Source: a virus
Lineage: Duplodnaviria; Caudoviricetes
DNA length: 61,750 nucleotides
Direction: 5' to 3' (one strand)
IMG/VR virus record: IMGVR_UViG_3300044941_000295
Coordinates: 1-61,750 of that record
Shown here: positions 8,295-16,770 of the stretch, one piece after another
Numbering within the stretch: the first letter of the stretch is position 1
Layout: each line of letters begins with the position of its first letter
Position numbers and translations under genes: made by a program
The notes under the pieces: model-generated
Told to the model about the DNA's origin: nothing
Database searches by the model: none
The model's input: only the letters and a program-made list of their open reading frames with translations

Positions 8295-9056
8295 ATGGCC
8301 GATTTTAAGATTACGGTTAATGTTGACGAAATAGCTCAACAACTTAATAAGAAAAAAGAAGAAATCCTATCTCAAACAAAAAAAGCTGTAAAAGGCTTAG
8401 CTATTGCCTCTCACGCCCATGTTCTGGAGCTTGCAGGTGATAAGTTAAAATCTCTTCAATCCAAATACAAAGATGCGGTAGATTTTGAACAGGTTGATGA
8501 TAACTTGTTTGTAGTGTCTTTGTCGAAAGAGGCTATGTGGATTGAAAAAGGACATGGAGCTTGGAGCATGTATGACAAGTTGTCATCTTCTCCAAAAGCT
8601 AAGACCTCAAAAGAAGGCCACAAATACCTGACCATTCCATTTGAGCACTCCAAAAAACCTTCCGAACAATCTGCAAAAGCAAGAGAAATTACCGATCAGG
8701 TTAAAAGCTTTCTTAAAAAAGAAAAAATCCCCTACAAAAAAATAGAATATAACCCCGATGGGTCGCCTAAAATGGGGCTAATTCATAAGTTCGACATTAA
8801 AAGTGCTAAACCTTCTGAAAAAGCTAAATTTCCTACCTTGCAAGGGGTGGCAATTTATCAGCGAAAGGATAAGGAAACGGGCAAAATTAAAAAAGATATT
8901 ATGACTTTTAGGGTGGTGTCTGAAAAAAATAAGGGGGATGGCAGGTGGGAATATCAGCCTAGAGAGGGTGTTAATATTTTTGAGGAAACCTATAAATGGG
9001 CTATAAACACTTGGAATCAACAGATTCTTCCTGCCTTAATTGACAGCTTAAAGTAA
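8295..9056 (+). CDS. putative neck/tail-completion protein
   Basis: Basic 253-aa ORF upstream of sheath; YLTIPF and MTFRVVS motifs. Confidence 0.5.
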   Translation: MADFKITVNVDEIAQQLNKKKEEILSQTKKAVKGLAIASHAHVLELAGDKLKSLQSKYKDAVDFEQVDDNLFVVSLSKEAMWIEKGHGAWSMYDKLSSSPKAKTSKEGHKYLTIPFEHSKKPSEQSAKAREITDQVKSFLKKEKIPYKKIEYNPDGSPKMGLIHKFDIKSAKPSEKAKFPTLQGVAIYQRKDKETGKIKKDIMTFRVVSEKNKGDGRWEYQPREGVNIFEETYKWAINTWNQQILPALIDSLK

Positions 9057-9062
9057 TCTTTA
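9055..9062 (+). promoter_or_regulatory. putative late promoter motif AATCTTTA
   Basis: 14 nt before ATG 9077. Confidence 0.6.
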
Positions 9063-9076
9063 ATTAAAGGAATGAC

Positions 9077-10066
9077 ATGCAATTATACGGACTTTCTACT
9101 ACAGACGCTTTAATTAAAACAGCTATTGAGCTGGCAGTCGAAGATTTGATTAAAAATCCATGGGTTATTGAGCACATGTACAGCTCTTTTATAGAAAATC
9201 CAATACTTAATAAAAAGTATGGGTACAAAGAAATCGCAAGAGCTAAAGAGTTTCTTCTTAATAACAAAATCCATTTTTATCAAAAACATCGGAAAGATAA
9301 AATGGAGTTTCCTTGTATCACCATATCCCTATCTCAGACTTCGGAAGATGCTCAATTGGCGACTTTGGCAGATCAGTCACACATTGTTCATGAATACTCG
9401 CCCGAACAAATTAACAAGCCTATTTCTTATATAATCAAACCCACCCAAATTCTCTCGTATGACCCTCTCACAGGAATTATGGAGATACCAGAAAACGAAT
9501 CCTATAAGTATATAAGTGCTGGAATGTCAGCAATTAACCCTGATACGGGCGAAGGGTATGTAATAGAAGGGAAGGCGGGGGAGCAAGGTTTTCTTATCCC
9601 AAAAAACCTTGAAATCAATTTTGAGCGCATAGCTGTCATCCCCCAATACCTTACTTACCGCGCACGTATGGAGCGAATTGTGACCAAAGAGACCTACTCT
9701 ATTGGATGCCACGCTCATGGAGACCCTTCCTTAACTCTTTTCCTTTATAATTTGGTTAAGTATGCGTTATTACGTTACAGAGAAAGTCTTTTTGAACAAT
9801 TTAATTTTCAGTTAGGTACAATTACGGCTAGCGATACTATTGAGAATGACGCTTTTGGCGCCGATGATGTTTATTCTAGATTCATTACGCTAAGCGGTCA
9901 GGTAGAAGAATATTGGGTTAAAACACCATTTAGAAAATGGGAAGCTATTGATTTTATTGATAGACAGAACGATTTAGTTGTTTCGGGAATTAAGATTTTA
10001 TCTAATAAGACGGACGGAGAAGAGGAAGATGTTTGGACAACCGTTCAGGACAATGAGGAAGAGTAA
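9077..10066 (+). CDS. putative tail terminator/completion protein
   Basis: FPCITISL motif and position upstream of sheath. Confidence 0.45.
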   Translation: MQLYGLSTTDALIKTAIELAVEDLIKNPWVIEHMYSSFIENPILNKKYGYKEIARAKEFLLNNKIHFYQKHRKDKMEFPCITISLSQTSEDAQLATLADQSHIVHEYSPEQINKPISYIIKPTQILSYDPLTGIMEIPENESYKYISAGMSAINPDTGEGYVIEGKAGEQGFLIPKNLEINFERIAVIPQYLTYRARMERIVTKETYSIGCHAHGDPSLTLFLYNLVKYALLRYRESLFEQFNFQLGTITASDTIENDAFGADDVYSRFITLSGQVEEYWVKTPFRKWEAIDFIDRQNDLVVSGIKILSNKTDGEEEDVWTTVQDNEEE

Positions 10067-10072
10067 TCTTTA
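10065..10072 (+). promoter_or_regulatory. putative late promoter motif AATCTTTA
   Basis: 4 nt before ATG 10077, no SD. Confidence 0.6.
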
Positions 10073-10076
10073 GTGT

Positions 10077-10364
10077 ATGGAATCGAAAGATATTAAAATT
10101 ATTAAAAAAATGGTCAAGTCTATGCACAAAGCTTTTTGCAAGGCTTTTGATTATTCAGAAAAAAATAGGAAATCGGGTAAGGATGTCGTACAAGATATTC
10201 TAGACCCTAATTATACTGCAGAGGCAGATGAAAACAAAGTTCCGCCTAGAAGAACTGGGGTTATGTATAAGTCTAAAAAGAAGTATTCTAGATCGGATGT
10301 AGCTAAAAAGGCCACTCAAGCTCTTTTAGAAAAATACAAAAAACACAAAAAAAACAATCTTTAA
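10077..10364 (+). CDS. basic hypothetical protein
   Basis: 95-aa ORF; MYKS motif. Confidence 0.7.
   Translation: MESKDIKIIKKMVKSMHKAFCKAFDYSEKNRKSGKDVVQDILDPNYTAEADENKVPPRRTGVMYKSKKKYSRSDVAKKATQALLEKYKKHKKNNL
10356..10363 (+). promoter_or_regulatory. putative late promoter motif AATCTTTA
   Basis: 20 nt before ATG 10384, GGAG RBS in between. Confidence 0.6.
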
Positions 10365-10383
10365 GGAAAGTTGGAGATTTTTT

Positions 10384-11007
10384 ATGTCAAAAATTTATTC
10401 GCCAGAAGAAGTAGCACGAGCGGTTTTGAAGCGTTGTCAAGAACTTGCAAACCAAAGTAAACTGGTTAAAAAAGAAATTTGCGAATCTAGCAAAGAAGAA
10501 GACGCCAAGGATGCTGCTGAAGAACATAAAAAGAAAGATAAGTCTCATAAAGAAACGAAAGAAAAAGATAAGAAAGCAAAAGAACATAAAGAAAAAGAAA
10601 TGGAAAAATGCGGAGATATGGAAAAATCCGCCAAGCATAAAGAAAAAGAAGTTGAAAAGTGCGGAGATATGAAAAAGTCTTCAAAACTTAAAGAATGGAT
10701 GAAAAAGAAGAAAAAGACCGACCTTAAAAAAATGTTCGGAAGAACTGCAACTTCAGCCGAAGGAAGTGTTGCTCCGCCACCGCCACCAGCGCCGGGCACT
10801 TCCATTGCCGACCAGATTGGTTTTGGTAAGGCTCAAAAAATGGACAAATGCGGAACCATGAGCAAAGAAGAGTCGCTAACATCTAAAGCGGTAGGGCTTA
10901 AGCCAATGGCTTCAGATAAAGTAAAACCGCCAAAAGCAGATGAAATGCCACCCAAACCTAAGGCAGCGACTACTCTTAAAAATTATATGGAAAAAAGAAA
11001 AAAATAA
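10384..11007 (+). CDS. charged low-complexity protein, candidate scaffold/internal head protein
   Basis: Repeated MEKCGDMEKS-like motifs; Lys/Glu-rich. Confidence 0.55.
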   Translation: MSKIYSPEEVARAVLKRCQELANQSKLVKKEICESSKEEDAKDAAEEHKKKDKSHKETKEKDKKAKEHKEKEMEKCGDMEKSAKHKEKEVEKCGDMKKSSKLKEWMKKKKKTDLKKMFGRTATSAEGSVAPPPPPAPGTSIADQIGFGKAQKMDKCGTMSKEESLTSKAVGLKPMASDKVKPPKADEMPPKPKAATTLKNYMEKRKK

Positions 11008-11270
11008 TGGCACGTAAAAAAGATCAAGATATGGACACTGAAGATTACATGGAAGTTGCAAGGCAGCTTAGAGCTACCATGGTGACTATAAAGGAAGATA
11101 ATACGGACACTAGACAGGCTTTTCATAAGTTTTTCATTAAGATAAAAGAAAAATTGAATCTTAAACCTGAAATGGAAATTGTTCTATGGAAACACTTGCA
11201 AGCAACGGAAAACGATAAGCCTGAAAAGTTTGCAGAAGGTGTTCGTAGCTTTGGATATAACTTAAATTAA
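11007..11270 (+). CDS. hypothetical protein
   Basis: Coupled ORF directly before sheath. Confidence 0.7.
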   Translation: MARKKDQDMDTEDYMEVARQLRATMVTIKEDNTDTRQAFHKFFIKIKEKLNLKPEMEIVLWKHLQATENDKPEKFAEGVRSFGYNLN

Positions 11271-11286
11271 TTAGAAGGAGAAATAT

Positions 11287-13431
11287 ATGGCTCAAACTTT
11301 AACTACGTCTTTTATCACTACATCAGTGCCCGGCTCCTACGCTGAAACTCTGGTGAAGTCTGATCCTGTAGGTGTTGCAGCCTCAGGCGTTATTGCAATT
11401 ATTGGTGAAGCTGATGGTGGCGACAGTTTTTCTCAAGAAGAAGATCTAAAAGAAAACTTTTTTGGCCCAACACAGGTAGATCGCGTTACCCAGAAGTACG
11501 TCTCTGGCCCAATCGTTGACGCTGTAAGAATGCTAAGCACTCCTTCCGCTGATGCAGACATTACTGGTGCTCCAACTAGAATTTACGTACTTAAAACAAA
11601 CTCTTCAACTAAAGCAAGCTCCGCGCTTCCTTCGTACGGAACTATCTCTGCTAAAGTTGCAGGTGCCGATGGGAACAAAAATAAATACGAGATTACACAC
11701 GTTGATGATGAAATCGCCCCAGCACTGAGCGGTGCTACTATTACTAACTTTGCTGCCCTGTCTGGTGTGCAGTTTGGTGTTCGTTTGAATGGTGGAGCTG
11801 AAGTGGTTGTTGACTCATTTACAGGTGTACCTACCGACTATGACACAATTGGTGAAGTAATTAACCTTCTTGACACCGACCTTCCTGCGGGAATGTCATG
11901 CGTTGCAGGTACAGCTCCAAACTCAATCAAGATATTGATCGACCCTGACGCAGTTGCTTATCAAAAAGGATGGGGTAAGAGTTTTGAATTGATAGAGATC
12001 ACCCCCGGCGGTCTTGCTGCCTTAGGTTTGCAAGAAGGTCTGGTGGTTTCATCTGTTGAACCAAAAGCTCAAATCGACATTAAGAGAGCGGACATTAACT
12101 TAAATGAAAGCTTTAGCGCTGCCGCAGAAGTTGCACTTGCGTTGGGTTATCAAGGTACTACCGCTACTGTAACAATCACCTCTACCACTCTTTCAACAAC
12201 CGTTACTGGCGGATCTGGTGCTAACCTTACACTTCAATTGTCACAATTCTCAACCATTAAAGAACTTGCAGACTTCATCGCCTCTCAGCCCGGCTATTCA
12301 GCACAGGCTCTAGTTGGCTCTACCTCCCTTCCAGTATCGGCGCTCGACAAAGTAACTGCAGTTGGTATATGCTCAACGGGTGCTGGAAGAAAGTCAGGAA
12401 GAATTAAAAAGTCTGTCCATAACGTTAAAAAAGCTGTAAATGCAAGTCAGGCTGTTGAAATTACTGTCACTGCCAATGCGGGATTGCCAGCAGAGACAGC
12501 TAGCGCAGTGTTTTTGACGGGCGGAGCTAAAGGTGCGACTTTGGCCGCCAATATCGTTAGTGCTATCGAAAAGCTCGAAGGTATTGACGTTAACTTTATC
12601 GTACCTCTCTTTTCAAGAGATTCTGCCCAAGACATTTTGGATGGCAAAACAGAATCAGGCTCTTCTTATACCATCTCAGCTATTAATGCTGCAGTAAAAA
12701 ACCACTGCTTAAAAATGAGCACAGCAAAAAACAAAAAAAGCAGAACCGCATACTTGTCAATTTGGGGTAGCTACTCTGCTGCTAAAGCTGAAGCTTCATC
12801 TCTCTCCCACTACCGCATGTCCTTGGCGTTCCAAAAAGTAAGCCAAGTTAATGCTCAAGGGGAAATTGAAACCTTCTTGCCTTGGATGGCGGCAGTAAAT
12901 GCTGCTGGTATGCAGGCAGCTGGCTTCTATCGCTCTATCTTGAACAAGTTTGCCAATGTAGTTTCTTACATAGATCCTGCTGGATACGACTCTAACAATC
13001 TTGATGATCAAGAAGACGCTCTACTTGCTGGACTTCTGCCTCTAACCAAAGATGTTGCTGGAAATAAATGGTTGAGCGACCAAACTACCTATATCCTTGA
13101 CAAGAACTTTGTTTACAACAGCTCTCAGCTTGTTTACGTATCTGATCTTCTGTCTCTTGATCTCACCGCAAGTCTGCAAAGAGCCTTCGTTGGTAAATCA
13201 CTGGCAGATGTAGATGCAGGTACTGTAAGTGGATTTATAGTAAGCAAGGCAGACTCTTACAAGAAGCAAAAATTGATTGCTGCTTCTTCTGACGCTCCTG
13301 CTGGCTTCAAAAATCTCAAAGTCTCTATCAAAGGAGCGGTAACTGAGGTAGCTATAGAGTTTAAACCTAGCGGCTCTATTTACTTTATCCCTGTAACTAT
13401 CACTCTATCTCAAATAAGCTCAGAAGCTTAA
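11287..13431 (+). CDS. tail sheath protein
   Basis: N-terminal VPGSY, IAIIGEADGG, FLTGG motifs; 714 aa; strong AAGGAG RBS. Confidence 0.9.
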   Translation: MAQTLTTSFITTSVPGSYAETLVKSDPVGVAASGVIAIIGEADGGDSFSQEEDLKENFFGPTQVDRVTQKYVSGPIVDAVRMLSTPSADADITGAPTRIYVLKTNSSTKASSALPSYGTISAKVAGADGNKNKYEITHVDDEIAPALSGATITNFAALSGVQFGVRLNGGAEVVVDSFTGVPTDYDTIGEVINLLDTDLPAGMSCVAGTAPNSIKILIDPDAVAYQKGWGKSFELIEITPGGLAALGLQEGLVVSSVEPKAQIDIKRADINLNESFSAAAEVALALGYQGTTATVTITSTTLSTTVTGGSGANLTLQLSQFSTIKELADFIASQPGYSAQALVGSTSLPVSALDKVTAVGICSTGAGRKSGRIKKSVHNVKKAVNASQAVEITVTANAGLPAETASAVFLTGGAKGATLAANIVSAIEKLEGIDVNFIVPLFSRDSAQDILDGKTESGSSYTISAINAAVKNHCLKMSTAKNKKSRTAYLSIWGSYSAAKAEASSLSHYRMSLAFQKVSQVNAQGEIETFLPWMAAVNAAGMQAAGFYRSILNKFANVVSYIDPAGYDSNNLDDQEDALLAGLLPLTKDVAGNKWLSDQTTYILDKNFVYNSSQLVYVSDLLSLDLTASLQRAFVGKSLADVDAGTVSGFIVSKADSYKKQKLIAASSDAPAGFKNLKVSIKGAVTEVAIEFKPSGSIYFIPVTITLSQISSEA

Positions 13432-13458
13432 AAAAAGGCCCCTTTCGGGGCCTTTTTT
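13431..13458. terminator. bidirectional intrinsic terminator
   Basis: AAAAAAAGGCCCC-TTTC-GGGGCCTTTTTT between convergent genes. Confidence 0.9.
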
Positions 13459-13825
13459 ATTTCATGTCAAATCCTAGACTTTCGGCTTCTTTTTTAGACA
13501 AAAAGTTTCCGCCTTTCTCGCCTTCCCTGCGAGTACGAATATAATCAATCTTTTTAAAAGAAATAAACGTTCCAGTCGGTTCTTGCACCATAAAAACTGT
13601 GCCGTCAGCAGCTTGGAATGTTTCTCCAACCCCCAAACTCATCAAGACCTGCTCTAGTTTAGTGTCCACCTCTTTAAGACGAGCTTTAAGGGCTTCTTTT
13701 TCGGCAACGAGACTCACCATAGAATCGCGTAGGCTGTTAACGGACGTCAATGGAGAGACATCCGCTACGCTTGTTGAGTTTAAGGATTCTTTTAAAGTTT
13801 CTAACTGTTCTTGTGTAAATTCCAT
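13457..13825 (-). CDS. hypothetical protein (coiled coil)
   Basis: AGGAGG RBS on - strand. Confidence 0.75.
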   Translation of the reverse strand: MEFTQEQLETLKESLNSTSVADVSPLTSVNSLRDSMVSLVAEKEALKARLKEVDTKLEQVLMSLGVGETFQAADGTVFMVQEPTGTFISFKKIDYIRTRREGEKGGNFLSKKEAESLGFDMK

Positions 13826-13834
13826 ATTGCCCTC

Positions 13835-14032
13835 CTATTCAATTTCGTTTAAGTCTACTAAAATATTACCAGATCTGTCAAGTATCCCGTGGTTAATTAG
13901 ATTCATAGCATTTCTGCCATAAAAACCCTGCAAACTCCACGCAGCTCCTGTTTTAACCAATTCCGAAAATAATTTAATTTCATCTACTTCCGACAACATA
14001 CCTTCCTCATAAGCGATAACTTGGTCGATCAT
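13835..14032 (-). CDS. hypothetical phage protein
   Basis: AGGAG RBS; AWSLQGFYGR motif common in small phage proteins. Confidence 0.75.
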   Translation of the reverse strand: MIDQVIAYEEGMLSEVDEIKLFSELVKTGAAWSLQGFYGRNAMNLINHGILDRSGNILVDLNEIE

Positions 14033-14235
14033 TGCATGCTCCTTTGTCTAGCCTTTTCTGCTTTATCTAGTAATTCTACAGCATAACTTAAAGCTTTGCA
14101 AGCTAATTTTATATAAATAAAATAGCTAGCGTTTTTTCCTGTTTTTTCAATGGTTTTCTCTATTTTCAACTCACCAAACTCAATGTTTAGAAGCTGAATT
14201 TGTTTTTCAATGGGTTTTTTAATATCTTTAATCAT
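14029..14235 (-). CDS. hypothetical protein, probably leaderless (ATG 14235)
   Basis: TTGACT-17-AAATAT then 6 nt to ATG on - strand. Confidence 0.55.
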   Translation of the reverse strand: MIKDIKKPIEKQIQLLNIEFGELKIEKTIEKTGKNASYFIYIKLACKALSYAVELLDKAEKARQRSMQ

Positions 14236-14273
14236 GACTGTATATTTGCACAAAATGAGCTGAGAGTCAACCG

Positions 14274-14281
14274 TGGTATAT
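14274..14281 (+). promoter_or_regulatory. putative middle promoter motif TGGTATAT
   Basis: 6 nt before ATG 14288; motif recurs before many genes. Confidence 0.65.
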
Positions 14282-14287
14282 CAAATT

Positions 14288-14704
14288 ATGAAAAGAAAGT
14301 GCGCCTATACAGGAAAAGAGAGCCTTTGTACTGATAAGGTTATACCTAGAGAGTTGTCTGACGAAGAAATACATAATTGGACTAACTCTTTGCCGTGTTC
14401 AATTGAGTATAAGGAATCCAAAGGCGCAGATTTCCCTAATGACTTGGAGGCTGAGATTCATGAAACTTTCTATCTTCTGGAAATTTACCGATGGAAAGTT
14501 AAGTATTTAGAAAAAAAGTTAGAAATATTACAACAACAAAACAATACAAGACGGCCAATAAAAAAAACAGGGGCTGCTCAAAAAAAGAAAGAAAAAGCTA
14601 AGGAAAAGCAAATCGAAGCGGCAATAAAAGAAAAACAAATCGTAGAGGATAACTCTTTAAAAATAGAGGAGTTTTTAAATACCAAAAAGAAAACTTTATT
14701 TTAG
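14288..14704 (+). CDS. hypothetical protein (degenerate HNH-like N-terminus)
   Basis: CAYTG...DKVIP motif; start reassigned to ATG 14288. Confidence 0.6.
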   Translation: MKRKCAYTGKESLCTDKVIPRELSDEEIHNWTNSLPCSIEYKESKGADFPNDLEAEIHETFYLLEIYRWKVKYLEKKLEILQQQNNTRRPIKKTGAAQKKKEKAKEKQIEAAIKEKQIVEDNSLKIEEFLNTKKKTLF

Positions 14705-14711
14705 GTGGGCT

Positions 14712-14897
14712 ATGAATTGCGATGGATGCAAAAAAGAGTTTGAAGTGCTAAATGTATTCAGTCCCTATGGGCACGACAATCCCTTTATTAGAGAGGAATC
14801 GGCCAGAAACACGGGGTATTGTGATGTTTGCTTTAATATTAAACTGGAAGAGCTGGAAAGCATGGTATATGAGAATACGGAGGAGAAAACCGCATGA
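14712..14897 (+). CDS. small Zn-finger protein
   Basis: CDGC...CDVC. Confidence 0.65.
   Translation: MNCDGCKKEFEVLNVFSPYGHDNPFIREESARNTGYCDVCFNIKLEELESMVYENTEEKTA
14863..14870 (+). promoter_or_regulatory. putative middle promoter motif TGGTATAT
   Basis: Upstream of the GGAGGAG RBS of the chaperonin. Confidence 0.55.
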
Positions 14898-16660
14898 GAC
14901 GAGTCAAAGAAGCAGAAAAGATTTTTACCAGCGATTTAGATAAAATTCAAAACGTAATTGTTTCTACACTGGACGATGTAGCTAAAATTGTTGGATCTAC
15001 TCTTGGGCCGGGAGGGCGCGTTGTAGCGATTGAAAGTATGCTTCCAGACATCCCCCATTCAGTAACAAAAGATGGGGTTTCGGTATTTAGAAGTTTGGGA
15101 GCTTCCAACGCTCTTCAGCAGCTTATTATTGAAATTACACGTGAAGCGGCTATTAAGACCGTATCCGAAGCTGGCGACGGCACTACTACTTCAACTATTT
15201 TGGCTGCGGAATTTACTAAAAATCTCTATAAGTTTTGCAAAAATAATCCCAAATACCCGCCGCAAAAAGTGGCGCGAATTATTAATAAGCTTTTGAATCA
15301 GAAATTTTTACCCTACATTGATAAAAATGCTATTAAAATTTCAAGCAAGAAGAAAAATCTAGATCTTTTGGAAAAAGTTGCTAATGTGTCGGTAAATGGC
15401 GACTCCGATATGGCAAAAGCTGTAATCTCCGCCTTTGAAATGACAGGTTTTTCGCAGGGATCGCATATTACTATTCAGCAGCTTTCGGGCCCATCTGACA
15501 AATATGAGGTGAGTCTAATTGAAGGCTTCCCCGTCTCGATGGGGTATGAAGAGTCAATTGGTAAATTTCACCCTGCTTTTATTAACGATAAGGGTAAGTT
15601 GAGGTGTGTACTTGAAAAACCACTATTCATTCTGTTTGATGGTAAAATTACCGATATAGTCCAGATCAAGAATGCCTTGGAAGGTATTGGCCAAGAATAT
15701 ACCAATGGGAACTCAGATTTTAAAAACGTGGTTCTTGTAGCTCACGGCTTTTCCGACCAGATTTTGACAACCCTTGCTTACAATTTTAACGACCCAACAA
15801 CCATTAACGTTGTGCCGTTTAAAACTCCAATCAATGCGATTATTAACTCGGAAACACAATTCCTCTATGATTTGGCGGCGTTTACGGGAGCTAAGATTTT
15901 TGATATGAACAACCCTATAAACAATGCTAAGGGTGACGAATTTGGCTTCGGAATGGAAAGAATGGAAATTTATAGATTCCGAGCAACTGTAATTGGAGAC
16001 CCCGATCCCACACTGGTTGAAGTGAGAGCCGAAGAAATTAAACAGCAATCCAAGCAGGCCAGCTCCAAACTAGAAAAAATTCTATTGGAAGAGAGACTTG
16101 GTAAGTTGACTTCTGGAATTGCCGAACTTAAAATCTATGGAGCTTCTGTTGGCGAACTTAAGGAGAAGGCTGATCGTGCAGAAGACGCCGTATTGGCAGT
16201 AAGATCTACTTTAAGTGATGGGTGTCTGCCGGGCGGGTGTCGTACTCTGATCAACCTAGCTTTGGAGTTGCACGAAGACAAAGATCCCATTGTCAATGAG
16301 GTGGTGATTCCTAGCCTATTCGCTCCGTTTTACCGTTTATTGGAAAATGCAGGGTATAATTTAGAAGAAATTGAAAAGATTCTATCTCAAATGATTAGCA
16401 ATAAAGACCTAGTAATGAATGTGGAGACGGGGGAATTTGGTGAAGCGACTGCCTTAGGTATATTTGACGCTATGCAAGCAGTTAGGCAGTCGTTAATTAA
16501 CTCTGTAAGTATTGCCTCTACTTTAGGGACGTGCGGCGGTCTAATTGTTCAACCAAGAATTCGAGAGCTTGAAATTCAAGATGCTAAGGACGAAGCAAAC
16601 TTTAGAAGAACGTTAAATAACGCAGAACACTTTATAAATGAAGCTAATGAGAGGGGGTAA
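14894..16660 (+). CDS. groEL: GroEL-like chaperonin
   Basis: STLGPGG, VTKDGVSV, AGDGTTTS, ERLGKLTSG, LPGG motifs. Confidence 0.92.
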   Translation: MRRVKEAEKIFTSDLDKIQNVIVSTLDDVAKIVGSTLGPGGRVVAIESMLPDIPHSVTKDGVSVFRSLGASNALQQLIIEITREAAIKTVSEAGDGTTTSTILAAEFTKNLYKFCKNNPKYPPQKVARIINKLLNQKFLPYIDKNAIKISSKKKNLDLLEKVANVSVNGDSDMAKAVISAFEMTGFSQGSHITIQQLSGPSDKYEVSLIEGFPVSMGYEESIGKFHPAFINDKGKLRCVLEKPLFILFDGKITDIVQIKNALEGIGQEYTNGNSDFKNVVLVAHGFSDQILTTLAYNFNDPTTINVVPFKTPINAIINSETQFLYDLAAFTGAKIFDMNNPINNAKGDEFGFGMERMEIYRFRATVIGDPDPTLVEVRAEEIKQQSKQASSKLEKILLEERLGKLTSGIAELKIYGASVGELKEKADRAEDAVLAVRSTLSDGCLPGGCRTLINLALELHEDKDPIVNEVVIPSLFAPFYRLLENAGYNLEEIEKILSQMISNKDLVMNVETGEFGEATALGIFDAMQAVRQSLINSVSIASTLGTCGGLIVQPRIRELEIQDAKDEANFRRTLNNAEHFINEANERG

Positions 16661-16770
16661 TGTATAACCCCTCGGTCTTGCTTGAAGTTGGAAATCTTCG
16701 GAAAGAAATAGAAAGAATGAAAGAAAACACTCTTAAGAATAAAATTAAAAGATTTTTTGGGATTAAATGA
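16660..16770 (+). CDS. 36-aa small ORF (MYNPSVLL...) coupling chaperonin and terminase
   Basis: TAATG overlap upstream, ATGA overlap downstream; below ORF-track cutoff. Confidence 0.55.
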   Translation: MYNPSVLLEVGNLRKEIERMKENTLKNKIKRFFGIK

